From positions 4,249 to 68,248 of the forward strand of contig JAPOHH010000005.1 in assembly GCA_029979505.1 (NCBI GenBank): 64,000 nucleotides of DNA, written 5' to 3'. Made by a program: the position numbers and the translations under genes. The stretch's first letter is position 1. Each line of letters opens with the position of its first letter. Positions 29,636 through 39,803 of the stretch are shown here, in pieces. The stretch comes from a bacterium. Its GTDB lineage: Bacteria; Pseudomonadota; Gammaproteobacteria; GCA-002705445; GCA-002716945. The notes beneath the pieces were generated by a model. It did no database searches. It had not been told where the DNA came from and worked only from the letters and a program-made list of their open reading frames with translations.

Positions 29636-31951
29636 ATGAAAAACTTGATGATAGTAGAATCACCAACAAAGGTTAAGAGCATTGAAAAGTTCTTAGGCCC
29701 TGATTTTAAAGTAATTGCTTCTGTTGGTCATGTTAGGGACCTTGTATCTTCGGCCAGAAAAGGAATAAATGTTGATGATGGTTTTAAGCCTGTTTGGAAA
29801 GTATCAAATAATAAGAAAACAGTTATAGATGATATTAAGAAGTATACAAAAGATGCCGATGTAATTTATTTTGCTACTGACCCTGATAGAGAAGGTGAGG
29901 CAATATCGAAGCATCTCTATGATATTCTAGATAAGGCAAAGATCCTAAAGGATAAGGAAACCCATCGTGTTGTTTTCAATGAGATTACTAAAAATGCGGT
30001 CACAGATGCACTAAAGAAGCCTAGGTCAATTTCAACATCATTATGGGATGCATATCTTGCACGAAGAACGCTTGATTATCTAATGGGATATGATATCTCA
30101 GAATTTTTATGGAAAAAAGTTAGTCGAGATGCAAGAGCTGGAAGAGTTCAAAGCCCGGCTTTAAGACTGATAATGGAGCGTGAAATCAAAATAAATGAAT
30201 TCAATCCTATTGAATATTGGAATATTTTTGCAAATGTTTCAAATAGTAAAAAAGATATACAAATTGAGTTATCTCACATAGAGGGAGAGAAAATAAAAAA
30301 GGATAACATAACTAATATATCCAATTCAGGTGATGCAGAGGAAATAAAATCAAGAATAGAAAAGTATAAAAGTATAAAAGTTACAAATATTAAAGAAGGA
30401 CAGAGGAAAACCAAACCAAAGGCCCCATTTACGACTGCCTCTCTTCAGCAAACAGCATACACAAGCCTTGGGTTATCCGTAAAACAAACTTCAGCTATAG
30501 CTCAAAGGCTTTATCAAGGCATGGATATAGGGACAGGGCAGTCAGAGGGTCTAATTAGTTACATGAGGACAGACTCAACTAATCTCTCTAAAGATGCTCT
30601 TGATGACATATCATCATACTTACAAAAAAATCATCCTGGCCTTGCTGAAAGCCAAACAAGAGTATACAAGAGTAAATCAAAAAATGCTCAAGAAGCTCAT
30701 GAAGCAATAAGACCTACGTCTATGAAAAATACGCCTGTTAGTGTAAAAAAATATTTAGAAGAAAATGATTTTAAACTATATGATTTAATTTGGAAAAGGG
30801 CTTTAGCGTCTCAAATGAAAGACTCCATAAGCAAAACTGTATCAGTTGAATTATCAATGGATAATGAGTTCACTTTCAAATACTCCGGCTCATATCTTGA
30901 ATACCCAGGGTTTAAAGAAATATATAGCTTCAGTGATAATGATGAGAAAGAAAAAGATAATAAAAAAATACTTGAGAGCTTAAAGGTAGATGATGAACTG
31001 ATGCTTAGTACTATTGACATTGAACAGAAATTTACACAACCTCCTGCAAGATATAACCAAGCAAGTCTCATACAGGCTTTGGAAGAACTTGGTATTGGCA
31101 GACCATCGACATACGTGACAATAATTAATAAAATAATGGAAAGCAATTACGTTGATCCTGAAAAAAGTAATTTCCAGCCAACAGCACTAGCAAAAGTCGT
31201 TTACGAAACTCTGATTAACCATTTTAAAGATGACTTAGTTGATTATGAATTCACTGCAAGACTTGAGGAAGATTTAGATAAAATAGCTAACGGAGAGAAA
31301 GAGTACATGGAGTGTGTCGAAACTACATATAAACCTTTTAAAACAAACCTTGATGACAAAATTAAAACAGTTGATATTTCAGAACAAAGAGAGTTAAAAG
31401 ATTTAGGATTTCATCCAGAAACTAAAAGGCCTGTAACAGTAAGATTAACTAGATATGGTCCCACTATTCAGATGGGTACAAAAGAAGATGAAGAAAAACC
31501 AAAATGGGCAGCACTTACACCGGAACAAAAGAAAAATATCGACTCTATTACACTTGACGATGCGATACGTTTGTTTAAGTTACCTGAAAAAATTGGAGAG
31601 TTTGAACATGAAGATATACTAATAAATATCGGGCCATTTGGACCATATGTAAAATGTGGCAAAACAAATGTTTCTATGAAAGACATTGATATTTTTTCAC
31701 TAAGTGAATCTGATGCAATTGTAAAAATTGAAGAAAAAAGAGAAATTGATGCTAATAGAGAAATAAATATTTTTGAATCATCTGGTATAAAAGTTCTTAA
31801 TGGAATGTATGGTCCTTATGTAACGGATGGCAAAAAGAATGCACGTATACCAAAAGATGTTGATCCTAAAACATTGGATGAGATGACATGTGTTGAGATG
31901 ATTAAAAACGCTCCAAAAAGAAGAGCTCGAAGAGCTCGATCTAAAAAATGA
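29636..31951 (+). CDS. topA: DNA topoisomerase I with non-zinc C-terminal repeats
   Basis: IVESPTK, TDPDREGE, AGRVQS, ISYMRTDS, QEAHEAIRPT, GIGRPSTY; C-terminal RYGP/GPFGPYV/GMYGPYV repeats. Confidence 0.97.
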   Translation: MKNLMIVESPTKVKSIEKFLGPDFKVIASVGHVRDLVSSARKGINVDDGFKPVWKVSNNKKTVIDDIKKYTKDADVIYFATDPDREGEAISKHLYDILDKAKILKDKETHRVVFNEITKNAVTDALKKPRSISTSLWDAYLARRTLDYLMGYDISEFLWKKVSRDARAGRVQSPALRLIMEREIKINEFNPIEYWNIFANVSNSKKDIQIELSHIEGEKIKKDNITNISNSGDAEEIKSRIEKYKSIKVTNIKEGQRKTKPKAPFTTASLQQTAYTSLGLSVKQTSAIAQRLYQGMDIGTGQSEGLISYMRTDSTNLSKDALDDISSYLQKNHPGLAESQTRVYKSKSKNAQEAHEAIRPTSMKNTPVSVKKYLEENDFKLYDLIWKRALASQMKDSISKTVSVELSMDNEFTFKYSGSYLEYPGFKEIYSFSDNDEKEKDNKKILESLKVDDELMLSTIDIEQKFTQPPARYNQASLIQALEELGIGRPSTYVTIINKIMESNYVDPEKSNFQPTALAKVVYETLINHFKDDLVDYEFTARLEEDLDKIANGEKEYMECVETTYKPFKTNLDDKIKTVDISEQRELKDLGFHPETKRPVTVRLTRYGPTIQMGTKEDEEKPKWAALTPEQKKNIDSITLDDAIRLFKLPEKIGEFEHEDILINIGPFGPYVKCGKTNVSMKDIDIFSLSESDAIVKIEEKREIDANREINIFESSGIKVLNGMYGPYVTDGKKNARIPKDVDPKTLDEMTCVEMIKNAPKRRARRARSKK

Positions 31952-32493
31952 TCCCCAAAGCTGACACGTTAGAAGCATCGAATATAATTAAAGAGGGAGG
32001 TATAGTGATATATCCGACTGAGGGTATATATGGGTTAGGCTGTGATCCGCTTAACAGTGATAGCGTTGACAATATATTTCAACTAAAGGGAAGAGAATAC
32101 GACAAACGCTTCATTATATTAAGTTCAAGCATAGGATTCTTAAATGGTATCATCGATAGTTCTTTAGGTGATGATGCAAGGCTTAATTCTAATGATTTTC
32201 TTACATGGATTGTACCAGCTAATAACAACTGTCCGCCATGGTTGAAAAGCAAAAATAATGTTGCAATTAGAATAACTCAACACCCAGTGGTGGTGGATTT
32301 ATGTAACAAATTACAAGGTCCAATAATTTCTACAAGCGCCAATTATTCGGGCCAAAAATATATAAATGATATAACTATAATTGAAGAATTATTTGATGGA
32401 AAAGTAAGTTGTATTGTTAATGGTAAGCTTGGTGACGAAAAAAAACCATCCAGCATTATAGATATCATCTCGAATGAAGTATTAAGAGGATAA
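31948..32493 (+). CDS. tsaC: L-threonylcarbamoyladenylate synthase (YrdC type)
   Basis: YPTEGIYGLGCDP, LKGR...K, AIR, STSAN, PSSIID. Confidence 0.93.
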   Translation: MIPKADTLEASNIIKEGGIVIYPTEGIYGLGCDPLNSDSVDNIFQLKGREYDKRFIILSSSIGFLNGIIDSSLGDDARLNSNDFLTWIVPANNNCPPWLKSKNNVAIRITQHPVVVDLCNKLQGPIISTSANYSGQKYINDITIIEELFDGKVSCIVNGKLGDEKKPSSIIDIISNEVLRG

Positions 32494-32495
32494 AA

Positions 32496-33380
32496 ATGAG
32501 AACAAAGGAAATAAAAAAATCTTTTAAAAAAACTCAAAGTGAAATAATAAAAAAACTTATTAACCTTGATACATCTTGCAAGATACATGATGTCATATGG
32601 AAACATAAACAAGGAGGCGGTGGAAAAAGCTGTGAGATAATAGGAAAAAAATATATCGAAAAAGCTGCTGTTAATTTCTCGAGCATCACAGGCCAACATT
32701 TGCCAGTAAGTGCATTAGAAAAGACTGGCATGAAGGGTTTAAAAAGTTTCAACGCAACTGGAGTATCAGTCATAGTGCATCCATGGAATCCTAAGATTCC
32801 ATGCTCACATATGAACATAAGGTTTTTTGAAGCAAGTATAGGTTCTAAAAATGTTTGGTGGTTTGGTGGAGGATTTGATCTAACGCCCTACTTCATAGGA
32901 AAGAAAGACATATTATTCTGGAAGAACGCTGCAAAAGCATTATGCGATAGATATAATAAAAGTTTTTACAAAGAATATAGCAATACTTGTAATAATTATT
33001 TTTACTTGCCACATAGAAAGGAGCCACGAGGCATAGGAGGGATTTTCTATGATCAACTTAATAGGCTTGATTACACGCAATGTAAAGATTTTTCTTTGGA
33101 GTGTGCTGAGATATTTATCGATTCATATTCAACTCTATTTAATAAAAAGAAACTTTTAAAATTTACAAAAAAAGAAAGAGCGTTTCAGCTTTATAGAAGA
33201 GGGAGATACGTTGAATTCAACTTACTTTATGATAGAGGTACATTATTTGGATTACAGTCAGGAGGTAGATCAGAATCTATATTAATGTCTATGCCGCCGA
33301 TTGTTTCATGGAACAAGGATTATGATTTTAAACATTATGAAAATAAATTATTAAAAATGTTCGAACTAGCTAGAAAGTAA
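32496..33380 (+). CDS. hemF: Oxygen-dependent coproporphyrinogen III oxidase
   Basis: GGGG, EKAAVNFS, HP.NP..P..HMN.R, WWFGGGFDLTP, RRGRYVEFNLLYDRGT.FGL. Confidence 0.96.
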   Translation: MRTKEIKKSFKKTQSEIIKKLINLDTSCKIHDVIWKHKQGGGGKSCEIIGKKYIEKAAVNFSSITGQHLPVSALEKTGMKGLKSFNATGVSVIVHPWNPKIPCSHMNIRFFEASIGSKNVWWFGGGFDLTPYFIGKKDILFWKNAAKALCDRYNKSFYKEYSNTCNNYFYLPHRKEPRGIGGIFYDQLNRLDYTQCKDFSLECAEIFIDSYSTLFNKKKLLKFTKKERAFQLYRRGRYVEFNLLYDRGTLFGLQSGGRSESILMSMPPIVSWNKDYDFKHYENKLLKMFELARK

Positions 33381-33842
33381 GCTATCTACTAGCTTAATAT
33401 TTTTTTCTTTCTCATCTTCTTTTAAATTTACAATCGCAGTAGTAAGTCGTGATACACAATTCATCTTGCCTGCTTCATTAAATATTTCGATATTCCATAC
33501 ATGTACAGATTTGCCAAGTGCAACAGCTTTAGTTATACCTGTAACTATACCAGATCGAACTGGCCTTATGTGGTTTGCATTGATTTCTAGGCCTACAGCT
33601 TTTTGTTTTTTCATATCAAGGCATAGATTTGAGGCAATACTACCAAGGGCTTCCGCTAGCACACAAGAAGCACCTCCATGTAACACACCTCTAGATTGTC
33701 GTGTAAAGTCCTCAACAGGCATAGTAGCAGTTATTGAGTCGTCAGTAATTTCTGTAAACTTTATGCCTAAATGCTTATTTAAATTGTTATCCCTCAGAGC
33801 AATTACGTGCTTAAGAGTATAATTTTCATGCCAAATTCTCAT
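33366..33842 (-). CDS. Hotdog-fold thioesterase (YdiI/MenI/EntH type)
   Basis: MPV...TRQ..GVLHGGAS..LAE.LGS, VGLEINANHIR, SRLT. Confidence 0.9.
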   Translation of the reverse strand: MRIWHENYTLKHVIALRDNNLNKHLGIKFTEITDDSITATMPVEDFTRQSRGVLHGGASCVLAEALGSIASNLCLDMKKQKAVGLEINANHIRPVRSGIVTGITKAVALGKSVHVWNIEIFNEAGKMNCVSRLTTAIVNLKEDEKEKNIKLVDSLLSS

Positions 33843-33896
33843 CTAAAACCCTCATATGTTAAAACTTGATAGATTAATATATCATCTTCTCTTAAA

Positions 33897-34913
33897 ATGA
33901 AAAGGCAAATGAAAAACTTATCAAAGCAAAATTTTCCCAAACTAAGAATGCGTAGACTTAGAAGTTCCGATAGTATTCGTAAGTTAGTTATGGATACCTC
34001 ATTATCACCTCATAACCTCATACAACCTATGTTTGTTATAGAAGGTAAAAATAAAACAGAAAAAATTAACTCACTACCAGGTATTTATAGATACTCTGTA
34101 GATAATCTTCTAAAAGAAATAAAAAAGATGATGTCGCTAGGAATAATTGCAATAGCATTATTTCCAAAAATTTCAAACAAATTTAAAACAGAAGATGGAA
34201 GTGAAGCGTTTAATGAAAATGGTCTTATTCAAGATTGTATCAAGCGAGTAAAATATAAATTTCCAAATTTAGTTGTAATAAGCGATGTAGCTCTGGACCC
34301 TTTCACATCTCATGGTCAAGATGGCGTTCTAGACAAGACAGGTTATATATTAAATGATGCAACTAATGCTATTCTACTTAAACAAGCGCTTAGCCATGCT
34401 GCGGCTGGATCAGATATTATTGCTCCGTCAGATATGATGGATGGAAGGATAAAAGTCATTAGAAATGGATTAGAAAGAAATAGATTCTTTAATACAAAAC
34501 TACTCTCTTACTCAGCAAAGTATGCATCTAACTACTACGGTCCATTTAGAGATGCAGTTGGTTCAGCATCTTCACTCGGAAAAGCAGATAAGAAAACTTA
34601 TCAAATGGATTATTCTAATAAAACTGAAGCCTTAAGAGAAGTTGATTTAGATCTTAGAGAAGGGGCGGACATTGTTATGGTTAAACCTGCACTACCATAC
34701 TTAGACATAATATCATCTATTAAAGAATCTTTTAAAATACCAGTGTTTGCATACCATGTCAGTGGTGAATATTTAATGATAAAAGCAGCTGCTAGAAATA
34801 AAACTATTAATGAAAAAGCTCTTGTAATAGAGACTTTGACTTCTATACGCAGGGCTGGAGCGTCATCGATTCTTACTTATTATGCTAAAGAAGTTGCGAA
34901 ATGGCTAAGCTAA
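33897..34913 (+). CDS. hemB: Porphobilinogen synthase (Asp-rich, Zn-independent type)
   Basis: RMRRLR, DVALDPFTSHGQDG, APSDMMDGR, YYGPFRDA, MVKP; start may be 33909. Confidence 0.97.
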   Translation: MKRQMKNLSKQNFPKLRMRRLRSSDSIRKLVMDTSLSPHNLIQPMFVIEGKNKTEKINSLPGIYRYSVDNLLKEIKKMMSLGIIAIALFPKISNKFKTEDGSEAFNENGLIQDCIKRVKYKFPNLVVISDVALDPFTSHGQDGVLDKTGYILNDATNAILLKQALSHAAAGSDIIAPSDMMDGRIKVIRNGLERNRFFNTKLLSYSAKYASNYYGPFRDAVGSASSLGKADKKTYQMDYSNKTEALREVDLDLREGADIVMVKPALPYLDIISSIKESFKIPVFAYHVSGEYLMIKAAARNKTINEKALVIETLTSIRRAGASSILTYYAKEVAKWLS

Positions 34914-35707
34914 ATTTTGCTGTAATAGGTAACCCTATTAACCACAGCTTGTCTCCAGCAATACACAAATATTTTGCCTCACAATTTAATTTAAATGATT
35001 TCGTGTACGATAAAATAGAGACGACCCAAGATAATTTAGGTAAGACCATAGAAGCCTTTTTTTCATGTGGAGGCAAAGGTTTAAATATAACAATTCCTTT
35101 TAAAATACATGCATTTAATATCTGTCATTTACTAGATACGTCAGCTATCCAGTGTGGGAGTGTAAACACACTTATGAGTGAGTCAAATAAAATTAAAGGT
35201 TTCAATACAGATGGTATAGGTTTTCTCGATGATTTAAACCAGAAAGGAATTGAATATAATAATTCAAATATACTAATTATTGGTGCCGGAGGATCTGCAA
35301 TGAGTATAATAAGTTCTATCCTTCAAAAATCAAAAAAATCAAATATTTCAGTTTTCAATAGAACAAAAATTAATGCTGAAAATTTAATAAAACTCTTTAA
35401 CAATAATAAACTAAATTTGCATGACCATGATACATGTTATGATTTAGTTGTAAACACCACACCTATAAGCATGTCTGAAGAAAAGATAAATCTACCTAAT
35501 AAATTGATTAGATCAAAGACGATTTGCTATGATCTATTTTATAACAGCAAAAGAACGTCATTCCAATCCTGGGCTTACGATAACGGTGCAGAAAGATGTT
35601 ATGACGGGCTAGGAATGTTAATTCAACAAGCAAAACACTCATTCACAATATGGAATAACTTGACTCCTGAGATAAACGGTTTAGAGGATAAATTAAGAAA
35701 ACTCTAA
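34901..35707 (+). CDS. aroE: Shikimate dehydrogenase
   Basis: GNPINHSLSP.IH, NITIPFK, VNT, NTDG.G, GAGGSA, DGLGMLIQQA. Confidence 0.95.
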   Translation: MAKLNFAVIGNPINHSLSPAIHKYFASQFNLNDFVYDKIETTQDNLGKTIEAFFSCGGKGLNITIPFKIHAFNICHLLDTSAIQCGSVNTLMSESNKIKGFNTDGIGFLDDLNQKGIEYNNSNILIIGAGGSAMSIISSILQKSKKSNISVFNRTKINAENLIKLFNNNKLNLHDHDTCYDLVVNTTPISMSEEKINLPNKLIRSKTICYDLFYNSKRTSFQSWAYDNGAERCYDGLGMLIQQAKHSFTIWNNLTPEINGLEDKLRKL

Positions 35708-36220
35708 AAAGTCATTCTTTGTATTAACATAATGTTGAGCAGAATATTTTAAAAACTCAATCTCAGAGATTTTTAATGGTCTAATTTTCTTACATGGAGA
35801 GCCCATGTAAAGGTAGCCTGATTCTAGGATTTTCCCTGAGGGTACCAGAGATTTTGCACCTATAATTACATTTGACTGAATTATTGAGCCATCAAGTAGC
35901 ACACTGCCCATTCCAATCAATGCCATATCTTTAATCGTACACGCATGAATTACGCATGCATGTCCTATAGTTACATCAGATCCAATAGTGCATGGGTAGC
36001 CTGAAGAGTAATCGCTTTTATGTGTGACATGGACAATACTGCCATCTTGCAAATTTGTTCTACTTCCTATAGTAATCGGATTTATATCTCCTCTTACTAC
36101 TGATTGAGGCCATATGCTCACATCATCTCCGAGTGAAACATCCCCAATAACTGTTGCTTGTTCATCAACAAATACATGATTTCCAAGTGACGGGGTAAAT
36201 TCTTTAAATTTTCTTATCAT
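35693..36220 (-). CDS. Gamma carbonic anhydrase family protein (YrdA-like)
   Basis: Hexapeptide repeats, RGD.N, NLQDGSIVHVTH, TIGH...H.C. Confidence 0.92.
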   Translation of the reverse strand: MIRKFKEFTPSLGNHVFVDEQATVIGDVSLGDDVSIWPQSVVRGDINPITIGSRTNLQDGSIVHVTHKSDYSSGYPCTIGSDVTIGHACVIHACTIKDMALIGMGSVLLDGSIIQSNVIIGAKSLVPSGKILESGYLYMGSPCKKIRPLKISEIEFLKYSAQHYVNTKNDFLEFS

Positions 36221-36286
36221 AATGTATGTTTAAATAATTATGTAAAAACTATATCATAGTCAAAAAATTAAAAGTAGGAGTAGATA

Positions 36287-36835
36287 ATGAGCGAAAAAAT
36301 GATAATGCGTGTAGGTGAGGCTCTTGTAGCAGGGGGGCCGGCTGGAACAGCTGCGGAGCCTGAAGTAATCATTGGAGAACTAGATGGGCCCTTTGGTACT
36401 GCTTTTGCAAATCTTTTAGGTGACCAAGCAAAAGGGCATTCAAAAGTACTAGCAATTATGAACACAGATATCATGGTTAAACCAGCAACGTTAATGGTAA
36501 GTAAAGTGTCAGTGGATAATACTAGATATACAAATATATTAATGGGGACTGTTCAAGGTGCTATTGCGAATGGTGTTTTGGATTCAGTTAGAGACGGAAT
36601 TATTGATAAAAATAAAGCTAATGAGCTTGGTATTATAGTCTCTGTTTGGCTTAATCCAAGCGTGTCTAAAGATGATAACTTAGACCATAAAATACTTTTT
36701 GATATTCATAGAAAGGCAACATATCAAGCAATTAAGAAAGCTATGAATAATGAACCATCAATTGATTGGTTATTAGAAAATCAAGATGATTTGATTCATA
36801 AGTATTATCAAATGGGCCTTGATGGAAAAATATAA
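36287..36835 (+). CDS. fae: Formaldehyde-activating enzyme family protein (divergent Fae paralog)
   Basis: VGEALV, IIG..DGP..TAFAN, VKPATLMVSKV, G.VQ.AIA.GV.D.V..G.I, EPSIDWLL; SD AGGAG at 36276-36280. Confidence 0.88.
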   Translation: MSEKMIMRVGEALVAGGPAGTAAEPEVIIGELDGPFGTAFANLLGDQAKGHSKVLAIMNTDIMVKPATLMVSKVSVDNTRYTNILMGTVQGAIANGVLDSVRDGIIDKNKANELGIIVSVWLNPSVSKDDNLDHKILFDIHRKATYQAIKKAMNNEPSIDWLLENQDDLIHKYYQMGLDGKI

Positions 36836-36839
36836 AGTG

Positions 36840-37694
36840 ATGGAACAAATTAATAACTATTTGTTGTTAATGAGACTTAACAAACCAATAGGAATTTATT
36901 TATTATTATGGCCGATGCTGTGGGCATTTTTTATTGCATCGAATGGCCAACCTAATCTATTTATCATGTTTCTGTTCATAGTAGGTGTTATTCTGACTAG
37001 ATCAGCAGGTTGCGTTATTAATGACTTTTTTGATAAAGAAATTGATTCTAAAGTGGAAAGAACAAAAGAAAGGGTACTTGCAAACGGCAAAGTAAGTACT
37101 AGCGAAGCTCTGATTTTATTTTTTTTTCTTATTTCCTTATGCATTTTATTGCTCCTAATGATTGGGTTTGATATTTTAATTTATGCAATAATATCATTTT
37201 GCTTATTAGTGATTTATCCATTATCAAAAAGAGTTATCAAAATTCCACAACTAATCTTAGGAATAGCTTTTGGTTCAAGTATCCCAATGGTATACATTGC
37301 TGAAATAGGTGAGGTAACTGCGTCGTGCATGCTATTATATCTTGCTACAATATCATGGGCTATAGCATATGACACCTACTATGCTATTGCAGACAAAACA
37401 GATGATTTAAAAATAGGAAACAAATCATCTGCCATCCTATTTGGCTCAAAAGATATAAGCTATCCTTTCAACCTTCATGTAATAACTATAACCTTGTTAT
37501 TTACAGTTGGAATAATAAATAACCTTGAATTATTTTTTTATATATCTCTACTAATTGCTCTTATGTTATCTGTTTATCAGAAGATACTCGCTGCAAAAAG
37601 AATACCTTATCAATGCATATCTGCATTTGAAAATAATAATTATTTTGGATTAATAATCTTTTTTGGACTACTATTAAGCTACATTTATGAATAA
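36840..37694 (+). CDS. ubiA: 4-hydroxybenzoate octaprenyltransferase
   Basis: [39 protein letters not shown]; start uncertain (36819-36840). Confidence 0.95.
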   Translation: MEQINNYLLLMRLNKPIGIYLLLWPMLWAFFIASNGQPNLFIMFLFIVGVILTRSAGCVINDFFDKEIDSKVERTKERVLANGKVSTSEALILFFFLISLCILLLLMIGFDILIYAIISFCLLVIYPLSKRVIKIPQLILGIAFGSSIPMVYIAEIGEVTASCMLLYLATISWAIAYDTYYAIADKTDDLKIGNKSSAILFGSKDISYPFNLHVITITLLFTVGIINNLELFFYISLLIALMLSVYQKILAAKRIPYQCISAFENNNYFGLIIFFGLLLSYIYE

Positions 37695-38631
37695 AAACTT
37701 GAAGAAATGGACACTGGAAGAAATTACAGATTTATATCGATTACCCTTTAACGATTTAATTTTTCAAGCCCAAACTATTCATAGAGAAAACCATGATCCA
37801 AATATGATACAGGTCTCTACCTTAATGTCTATTAAGACCGGAGGTTGCCCAGAAGATTGTAAATATTGTTCACAAAGCATCAAATATAATACTGACGTTG
37901 AAATAGAAAAGCTCCTCTCTGTAGATGATGTTATTGAACAAGCTAAAGCAGCGAAGGCATCTGGGGCATCAAGGTTTTGTATGGGTGCGGCATGGAGAAA
38001 CTTGAACGATAGCAATCTTGAGAAAATTAAAGATATGGTCAAAGCTGTAAAAAATCTTAAACTAGAAACCTGTCTTACTTTAGGTATGCTTAAAAAGGAA
38101 CAGGCTGAATCATTGAAAGAATGTGGTTTAGATTACTATAACCATAACCTAGACAGTTCTGAAGAATATTACAGTAAGGTAGTGTCAACTAGAACCTATC
38201 AAGATAGATTAAATACCCTTGGGTATGTTAGAGATGCAGGTATAAAAGTATGCACTGGTGGAATATTAGGGTTAGGAGAAGAAAATATTGATCGCCTTAA
38301 ACTAATCGAAGTGTTATGTAACATGGACGAGCAACCAGAATCAGTCCCTATGAATAAGCTTGTTAAGATTGATGGCACACCTTACTCAGAAAATGAGAAT
38401 GTAGATAATTTTGATTTTATAAGAATAATTGCTATTTCCAGAATTACAATGCCTAAAACATTTGTAAGGCTATCTGCTGGAAGAGATAGCATGAATGATG
38501 AAATGCAAGCATTGTGCTTTTTTGCAGGTGCTAATTCAATATTCTATGGTGATGAACTCCTCACAACTAAAAATTCATCAATAAACCATGATAAAGTTCT
38601 TATGGATAAGCTAAACATTAAAACTTTGTAA
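37687..38631 (+). CDS. bioB: Biotin synthase
   Basis: [15 protein letters not shown] radical SAM motif, [30 protein letters not shown]. Confidence 0.98.
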   Translation: MNKNLKKWTLEEITDLYRLPFNDLIFQAQTIHRENHDPNMIQVSTLMSIKTGGCPEDCKYCSQSIKYNTDVEIEKLLSVDDVIEQAKAAKASGASRFCMGAAWRNLNDSNLEKIKDMVKAVKNLKLETCLTLGMLKKEQAESLKECGLDYYNHNLDSSEEYYSKVVSTRTYQDRLNTLGYVRDAGIKVCTGGILGLGEENIDRLKLIEVLCNMDEQPESVPMNKLVKIDGTPYSENENVDNFDFIRIIAISRITMPKTFVRLSAGRDSMNDEMQALCFFAGANSIFYGDELLTTKNSSINHDKVLMDKLNIKTL

Positions 38632-38633
38632 TT

Positions 38634-39803
38634 TTGAAATTATTCAAAGAGCAATTAAAGAAACTAAAAACCTCTGGTTATTTACGTAAGCGTGACATCA
38701 TTGACAGTGAACATTCATCACAAGTAAAAATTAGAAACAAATTCGTGACATCATTTGCAAGTAATGACTACCTTGGAATGTCTAAAAACTCTAGAGTTAT
38801 ATCAGCTCTTTTGAAATCAGCAAGTGATAACGGCGTTGGATCAGGCTCCTCACCATTAATTACCGGATACTCGAAATCACACCACTATCTTGAAAAAGAG
38901 ATTGCGGAATATTTATCTGCTGAATCATGCATAGTAGTTAACAGTGGATATATGGCAAATCTTTGTGCTCTAAATATTTTTGACAAAGAAATAAATGTTT
39001 TACAAGATAGAGAATCTCATAACTCAATAATAGAGTCCTCTAAGATTAACAAGGTAAAAATGACAAGATACAAACATCTCGATGATATTGAACTTGAGCA
39101 ATATCTAGATCCTCAGAATACGAATATTATATTTAGCGAAGCTGTATTTAGCATGTCTGGTGACATTGCAAATTTAAGACTGCATAAACAACTAAAAAAT
39201 AAATATAAGTCATTATTATTCATAGATGATGCTCACGGATTTTGTGTTGCTAAATGCACTAGTGCTAATGACGATATTGAGAATTCATGCTCATCAAATG
39301 GTATTTCTCTCTCACAGGTTGATGCGTATATTGGGACGTTTGGAAAGGCTGTTGGAACGTTAGGTGCATTCATATGTGGTAGTAAAGATATAATAGAAAT
39401 GATTGTTCAAAAAGGTAGACCTTATATTTACTCTACCGCATTGCCACAATGTATAATTGACGCCACAAGAAAAAGTTTAAATATTCTAGCTTCCAATAAA
39501 GCAAGAATTAATAAATTGCACAGAAATATTGAATATTTCAATCAAGTTTCTAGTAGTAAAAATATAAACACAAACTTATCCAGTACACCCATTAAAACAA
39601 TAACTCTTGGTGATCCAGTATCAACGATAGCCCTTCGAGATGAATTTTTAAAATATGGAATTTTAGTACAAGCTATAAGATATCCTACGGTTCCGAGAAA
39701 TCAGGATAAAATAAGAATTACTCTTACTTCTAATCATACGAAGAAAGATATTGATAAACTATTGAATACACTAGAAAATATACACTGTGAAAAATTTAAA
39801 TAA
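38634..39803 (+). CDS. bioF: 8-amino-7-oxononanoate synthase
   Basis: FASNDYLG, SGYMAN, HNSII, FSMSGD, DDAHG, GTFGKA.G, IRYPTVP. Confidence 0.94.
   Translation: MKLFKEQLKKLKTSGYLRKRDIIDSEHSSQVKIRNKFVTSFASNDYLGMSKNSRVISALLKSASDNGVGSGSSPLITGYSKSHHYLEKEIAEYLSAESCIVVNSGYMANLCALNIFDKEINVLQDRESHNSIIESSKINKVKMTRYKHLDDIELEQYLDPQNTNIIFSEAVFSMSGDIANLRLHKQLKNKYKSLLFIDDAHGFCVAKCTSANDDIENSCSSNGISLSQVDAYIGTFGKAVGTLGAFICGSKDIIEMIVQKGRPYIYSTALPQCIIDATRKSLNILASNKARINKLHRNIEYFNQVSSSKNINTNLSSTPIKTITLGDPVSTIALRDEFLKYGILVQAIRYPTVPRNQDKIRITLTSNHTKKDIDKLLNTLENIHCEKFK

Noticed and set aside
33866-33884. FNR-like box (TTGAT...ATCA) between thioesterase and hemB
   Set aside because: Half-site spacing does not fit TTGAT-N4-ATCAA
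36209-36248. dif-like sequence (CATAA-TGTATG... and TTATGTAAAAA)
   Set aside because: The XerC-like and XerD-like arms are not separated by the required 6 nt, and the region overlaps a start codon and divergent promoters
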